Positions 59,739-64,000 of a stretch of DNA of 64,000 nucleotides are shown here, piece by piece (position 1 is the stretch's first letter; every line of letters begins with the position of its first letter). Source of the stretch: an uncultured delta proteobacterium (lineage in GTDB: Bacteria > Desulfobacterota > Binatia > UBA9968). The notes under the pieces were generated by a model. It saw only the letters and a list, made by a program, of their open reading frames with translations, had not been told where the DNA came from and searched no databases. The stretch is taken from positions 1 to 64,000 of the forward strand of contig CAWDPO010000019.1 of the NCBI GenBank assembly GCA_963804165.1, read 5' to 3'. A program made the translations under genes and the position numbers.

Positions 59739-59882
59739 TGTCGGCCTGGAGTTGGATTTGATCCTCTTCCACGATGGCAGGGGAAATTCCTTGACCTTGT
59801 TCGGTTTCTCGACGAACATCCGAAGGCCGGTTACGACAAAGAGACTAGCCAACAGCCCATACGAAATTAAATCCGATACCAT
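59724..59882 (-). CDS. Unannotated 52-aa single-pass membrane peptide
   Basis: GGGAGGA RBS then MVSDLISYGLLASLFVVTGLRMFVEKPNKVKEFPLPSWKRIKSNSRPTSRDA*. Confidence 0.55.
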   Translation of the reverse strand: MVSDLISYGLLASLFVVTGLRMFVEKPNKVKEFPLPSWKRIKSNSRPTSRDA

Positions 59883-59944
59883 CGTTCCTCCCATTTATTC
59901 AAGCGGGTCTAGTGAACCGGTGTGTTTTCAAAGATAATCTAAAC

Positions 59945-59959
59945 GCAAAACGCGAGCCA
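59945..59959 (-). promoter_or_regulatory. Sigma54 (-24/-12) promoter
   Basis: Minus strand TGGCTCG-CGTT-TTGC; exact GG-N10-GC spacing. Confidence 0.6.
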
Positions 59960-60152
59960 TAAGCAGTTTTTCCGGCGACACAGCTAAGTAGTTGAATCTA
60001 GAATAATCTTGTTATTCTATTCGAATCCTCACAGAATACTTTTGCAATCATTTTAGACATTTGTGCTCAATCGCGTAAGCGACGGCGCGAACATTCAGCA
60101 GCAGGACAAAGGATCGCGGGTGTCGTTCCTCATTATCATGCGCAGCTTTTTC

Positions 60153-60271
60153 CGCTGACACTACCCGTCATCCCTACGCCGTAAGGCTGAGTGACATTGG
60201 GAGGCATTGGCGCGAGCTTCTTCGGGGAAGAGAAGGTGCTGCCGGCACCGAACTGAGAGCAAGTGTCGGCG
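60153..60271 (+). ncRNA. Candidate structured non-coding RNA of unknown family
   Basis: 10-bp closing stem, gcc-GTAA-ggc GNRA loop, cTTCGg loop; G-U pairs favour the + strand. Confidence 0.45.
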
Positions 60272-60393
60272 CGCACAAAAAAACGGGCTATCGTGAAGTT
60301 TGCTGCGCGGTACTGCGCAGCGTATTTGCGGTTAGAGGCTTTCGCCGGGTCGTTATCTCGGGCGCAAAGCGAGGATCCGACCGAAAACAATTT

Positions 60394-62363
60394 TCACGTC
60401 AGCGGCGCTTTGATCGTTTCTCTCGCGGCCATCGCTGCGCCGTTGGCGCGCGCCAACCACTCGATGCTGACTACGATAATCGCCAGCACAAGCCCAACGG
60501 CATTGACGGCCCAGGTTAACGCCGCGAAGTTGCCGCTGTGAACGATCGGTATCAGCAAGCCTGCAGCCGCGGCGAAAATAGCACGCGCTTGCCCGCGCCG
60601 ACCGGTCGGAACAAATAGCCCACGACGCCGACCCCAAGCAAGATTGCGCCGATGATCGCCGTAAAAACCGACAGCACGACTTCATACCAATGACCGATGA
60701 GCAAGAGCGACGGCGAGAAAACGAACAGAAACGGCACGACATAGGCGATCATACACAGACGCATCGCGGCCCAGCCGGTCTTGATGGGATCGGTTTTGCC
60801 GATCGAAGCCGCGGCGTAACTCGCCATGCACACCGGCGGCGTCACCATACTGAGCATACCGAAGTAAAAAATAAACAGGTGCGCCGCGATGGGTAAGATG
60901 CCGAGCTTTGCCAGTCCGGGCGCGACCAATACCGCGAGCAGGACGTATACCGCCGTCGTCGGCATCCCCATGCCGAGAATAATACTGACGATCGCGGTGA
61001 GGACCAAAAGCAGCAACGCACTGCTCTGCCCGATGTTGAGCAGCGTCAGCGTGAGCGTGAAACCGAGTCCCGTGAGCTGCAGCACGCCGATCACGACGCC
61101 GGCGAGCCCGGTTATCGCCGCGATCTCCAACATGCCTCGGCCGGAGTTAGTGAGAATTTTCAGCATCTCCGGCTAAGCCTAATTTCACCCCAGGCGTAAG
61201 AAAGCCGACGATCAACGCCGCCAGAGCGGCCAAGAGCCCGGCTTCTTCAGGACGCCGATTTAGAAAAAACATCCATACGATTAACACGGTCAGCGGCACC
61301 ACGAAGCTCGCCGAACGCTTGAGCACCGGCAGCAAACTTGGCACTTCGTTGCGCGGCAAACCGCGGATGCCGTTGCGCGCCGCGAGTAAATCCACCTGAA
61401 TAAACAGCGCGACGTAGTAGAGCACCGCAGGCACAGCCGCCGCCAGCGCCACTTGGGCATACGGCATCTGCAAATACTCCGCGATCAAAAACGCCGCCGC
61501 GCCCATCACCGGCGGCATGATTTGTCCGCCGGTCGATGCCACCGCCTCCACCGCGGCGGCAACGGGCGGCGGATAGCCGGCCTTTTTCATCATGGGAATA
61601 GTAAAAGCGCCGTCGACCACCACGTTAGCGACCGCGCTGCCGCTGATGTTTCCGAACAAGCTCGATGAAACGATGGCGATCTTCGCCTGGCCGCCGCGGA
61701 AACGCCCCATCAAAGCAAGCGAAAAATCGCTCAGAAACTCCGCACCACCGACGACGTAGAGCACTTCCCCGAAAATGACAAAGACCACCACGATGCTCGC
61801 GCCCACTTGCAGCGCCTGGCCGAAGATACCGTTGGCGTCGAGATATAAGTATGTGGCGAGCCGATTGATGGACCAGCCGCGACCGTAAAAATCGCCGGGG
61901 AATAAGTAGGCGAACAAGGCGTAAAAAAGAAAACATGCCGCGATGATGACCAACGGCCAGCCGACCAAGTCGGCGCGAGGCTTCGGCAAGCAGGATAATT
62001 GTTATGCAACCCAGCGCGACCCGTTCCGTCGCGATATCGCCCAGTGAGTTAACGATCGATGGGTAGTAGATAAAAACGTAAAGCCCGATCGCCAAACCGG
62101 CTAGAGCTGCGATCGCGTCGTACCACGGAACGCTATGATCGACCATGACCGGCTTTCGCCGGAATCAGTAAATACGTAGCGCACAGCGCGAGACCGAGAA
62201 ATAGTCCCATGTATTGCTCGTTGAAAACGAGCCAGCCGATATACTGCGGCACGTTGAGCAAAAAAAACATGCCGCTCACGGGAATCGCCATCAGCAGACA
62301 TTGGCCGAGCGTGTTTAGACCCTTGCCGAGATCTCTGGTACGGACGCTCTCTTCGATTTCCAT
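60394..62363 (-). CDS. TRAP transporter fused 4TM/12TM permease (several frameshifts)
   Basis: GGQAK, SGSAVANV, STGGQIMPPVMGAAAF, LGMGMPT, VTPPV. Confidence 0.9.
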
Positions 62364-62441
62364 GAAAGCTAATCCCTCTTTAAATCCCACGTGGCGACTG
62401 CGACGCGCTTGTCGTTCTCCATCTAGCCGCTTGGTCTCACC

Positions 62442-63483
62442 TTAGCTGCAAATCTCCTTGGTTCGAGCGTCGTGTTTCGCGGTCCAGATGCCAACCTGCT
62501 TATAAAATCCCACCGCGCCCGAGTGGTAGGGAACGGTAAAATTCGACAATGGCTTGCGTATCTTTGGTCCAGCGCTTGAACAGCGGGTGAATGGTCTGAA
62601 GCTCCGCCAAGTTGTCCCACCAGGCTTTCAGCAACGTCATGATCGCCTTGTCGCTCACCTTCGCCGAGCTGACCAATTGGAGCGGATAGCCAATCACATA
62701 GGTATCGCCTTTGATGCCGGTGGCCGCGTCGGACTTCACCACCGAAGCGCCATAGCGCCCGAGAATCTTGTTGGCGGCATCGGTGTGCGGCATGCTGAGG
62801 AAACGTATCGGTTCCATCGCATTGGCTTCTTCGACCACGCCGATGCCGACCGCGGTAAACGCAGCGTCGACTTTTCCTTCGGGCACGTTTCTGACGCCGT
62901 CGTTGAGGTTCGACACCCTAACTTGCGACACATCCGCTGGTTTCAAGCCACCCGCTTCCATGACAGCGTTTTGCCACGTCTGGTTGATGGCGTGTCCGCC
63001 GTAATCCCAAGCGACTCTTTTACCTTTGAGATCGCTGATTTGCTTGATGTCCGACCTGTCACGAACGATGAGCCCGGCCGTAAACGGAAAAACGCCGCCC
63101 GAAATCACGCGCACGCTGGGATAGGCGGTTTTGTAGTTGCCCGTTCCGGTCGCCGCCATATGCGAATCGAGAATATTGATGATCCCCATCTCGATCTCGC
63201 CGCCTTCCAGCAGCGGTATCCAGGCGTTGGGACCGTTATAAGGCTGCACTTTCGCCGAGATCGGCGTTGCTTTGCTGGCCACCGCGGCAAGACCTGACGC
63301 GATGGCGTGGGCGCCGGTGCCTGCCGGATTCGTGCCGATCGCCGCGGTGCGCGGCAGTGCGTCGCTTTTATTGGTCGCCGGCCCGCAGTCGAGCTTGGCT
63401 TGTGCGAATGGCGCCTGCGCCGCGAAGAACAATGCGACCGCGGTAAGCGCACTAATTTTCTGGGACGGTTTTTTCTGAACCAT
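62442..63483 (-). CDS. TAXI-family TRAP substrate-binding protein (3' frameshift)
   Basis: IGTNPAGT, DLKGKRV, PYHSGAV..YK; signal peptide. Confidence 0.88.
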
Positions 63484-63516
63484 TACTCCATCACTCCTTC
63501 ACTCCATATTTCTTCT

Positions 63517-64000
63517 TCAGCTACAGATCTCCTTCGCGCGCGCGTCATGCTTCGCGGTCCAGACTCCCGCCTCTTTATAAAATTTGACCGCGCCCGAATG
63601 ATACGGCACGGTGAAGTTGGTGAGCGCCTGCACGTCCTTCGTCCATTTCTTAAATTGCGGGTGGATCGTGTGCAGTTCGGCGAGATTGTCCCACCAGGCT
63701 TTGAGCAAAGTCGAAACCGTCCGATCGTTGACCTTGGTCGACGACGCCACGTGGAGAGCATAACCGATCACGTCCGTATCTCCTCTGATGCCCGCGGCCG
63801 GATCTTGACGCACGATCGATGCGCCGTATTTAGCGAGAATTTTATTCGATGCCTCGCCGACCGGCAGGCTCAAGAACCGAATCGGCTCCATGGCGTTGGC
63901 TTCCTCATTGATGCCGATCCCGATGGCGGCGAACGTCGCGTCGACTCTGCCCTCGGGCACGGCGCGGATCGCGTCGTTGAGATTGGAAAAACGCACCTGC
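63517..64000 (-). CDS. Second TAXI-family substrate-binding protein (5'-partial at the window edge)
   Basis: Close paralog of 62442-63483 (EEANAMEPIRFLS, LLKAWWDNLAEL). Confidence 0.88.
   Translation of the reverse strand, partial: QVRFSNLNDAIRAVPEGRVDATFAAIGIGINEEANAMEPIRFLSLPVGEASNKILAKYGASIVRQDPAAGIRGDTDVIGYALHVASSTKVNDRTVSTLLKAWWDNLAELHTIHPQFKKWTKDVQALTNFTVPYHSGAVKFYKEAGVWTAKHDARAKEICS

Noticed and set aside
59772-59800. FMN-riboswitch-like GGCAGGGGAAATTCC
   Set aside because: The remaining RFN motifs are absent, and the segment lies antisense within the small ORF.
60160-60190. c-di-AMP (ydaO), TPP or Moco riboswitch
   Set aside because: Only short fragments resemble these; the required partner motifs and their order are missing.

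Overview
The window is very likely a join of two unrelated DNAs. Positions 1-~4630 are high-GC, actinobacterial-style sequence (Rubrobacter-like, an inference). They carry small accessory genes (SnoaL-like, membrane protein, VOC, cupin, MerR plus target, MOSC) separated by five same-orientation copies of an unrecognised ~40-70 bp repeat, giving a gene-cassette-like array; one copy is interrupted by a 140-bp MITE. From ~4630 to 64000 the sequence reads as a deltaproteobacterial/Binatota-like chromosome. It contains an orphan decaheme OmcA/MtrC-like cytochrome, chdC, a three-gene thiocyanate-hydrolase-like Co-nitrile hydratase directly behind pckG, the rimP-nusA-infB-rbfA-truB operon, ntrBC-like genes, an HTTM/GT-C/IS5/Lig E island, dnaB and queF. 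Further on are a heme-oxygenase-like diiron enzyme, an NAD-linked formate dehydrogenase + MobA-MoaD + AOR cluster, ilvD and a TAXI-TRAP system. An intergenic region near 59.7-60.3 kb holds an unannotated sigma54-type 52-aa membrane peptide gene and a divergent candidate structured RNA. Many genes carry single-base frameshifts, most simply explained as long-read indel errors. All calls are from motif and pattern recognition only; no searches were run.
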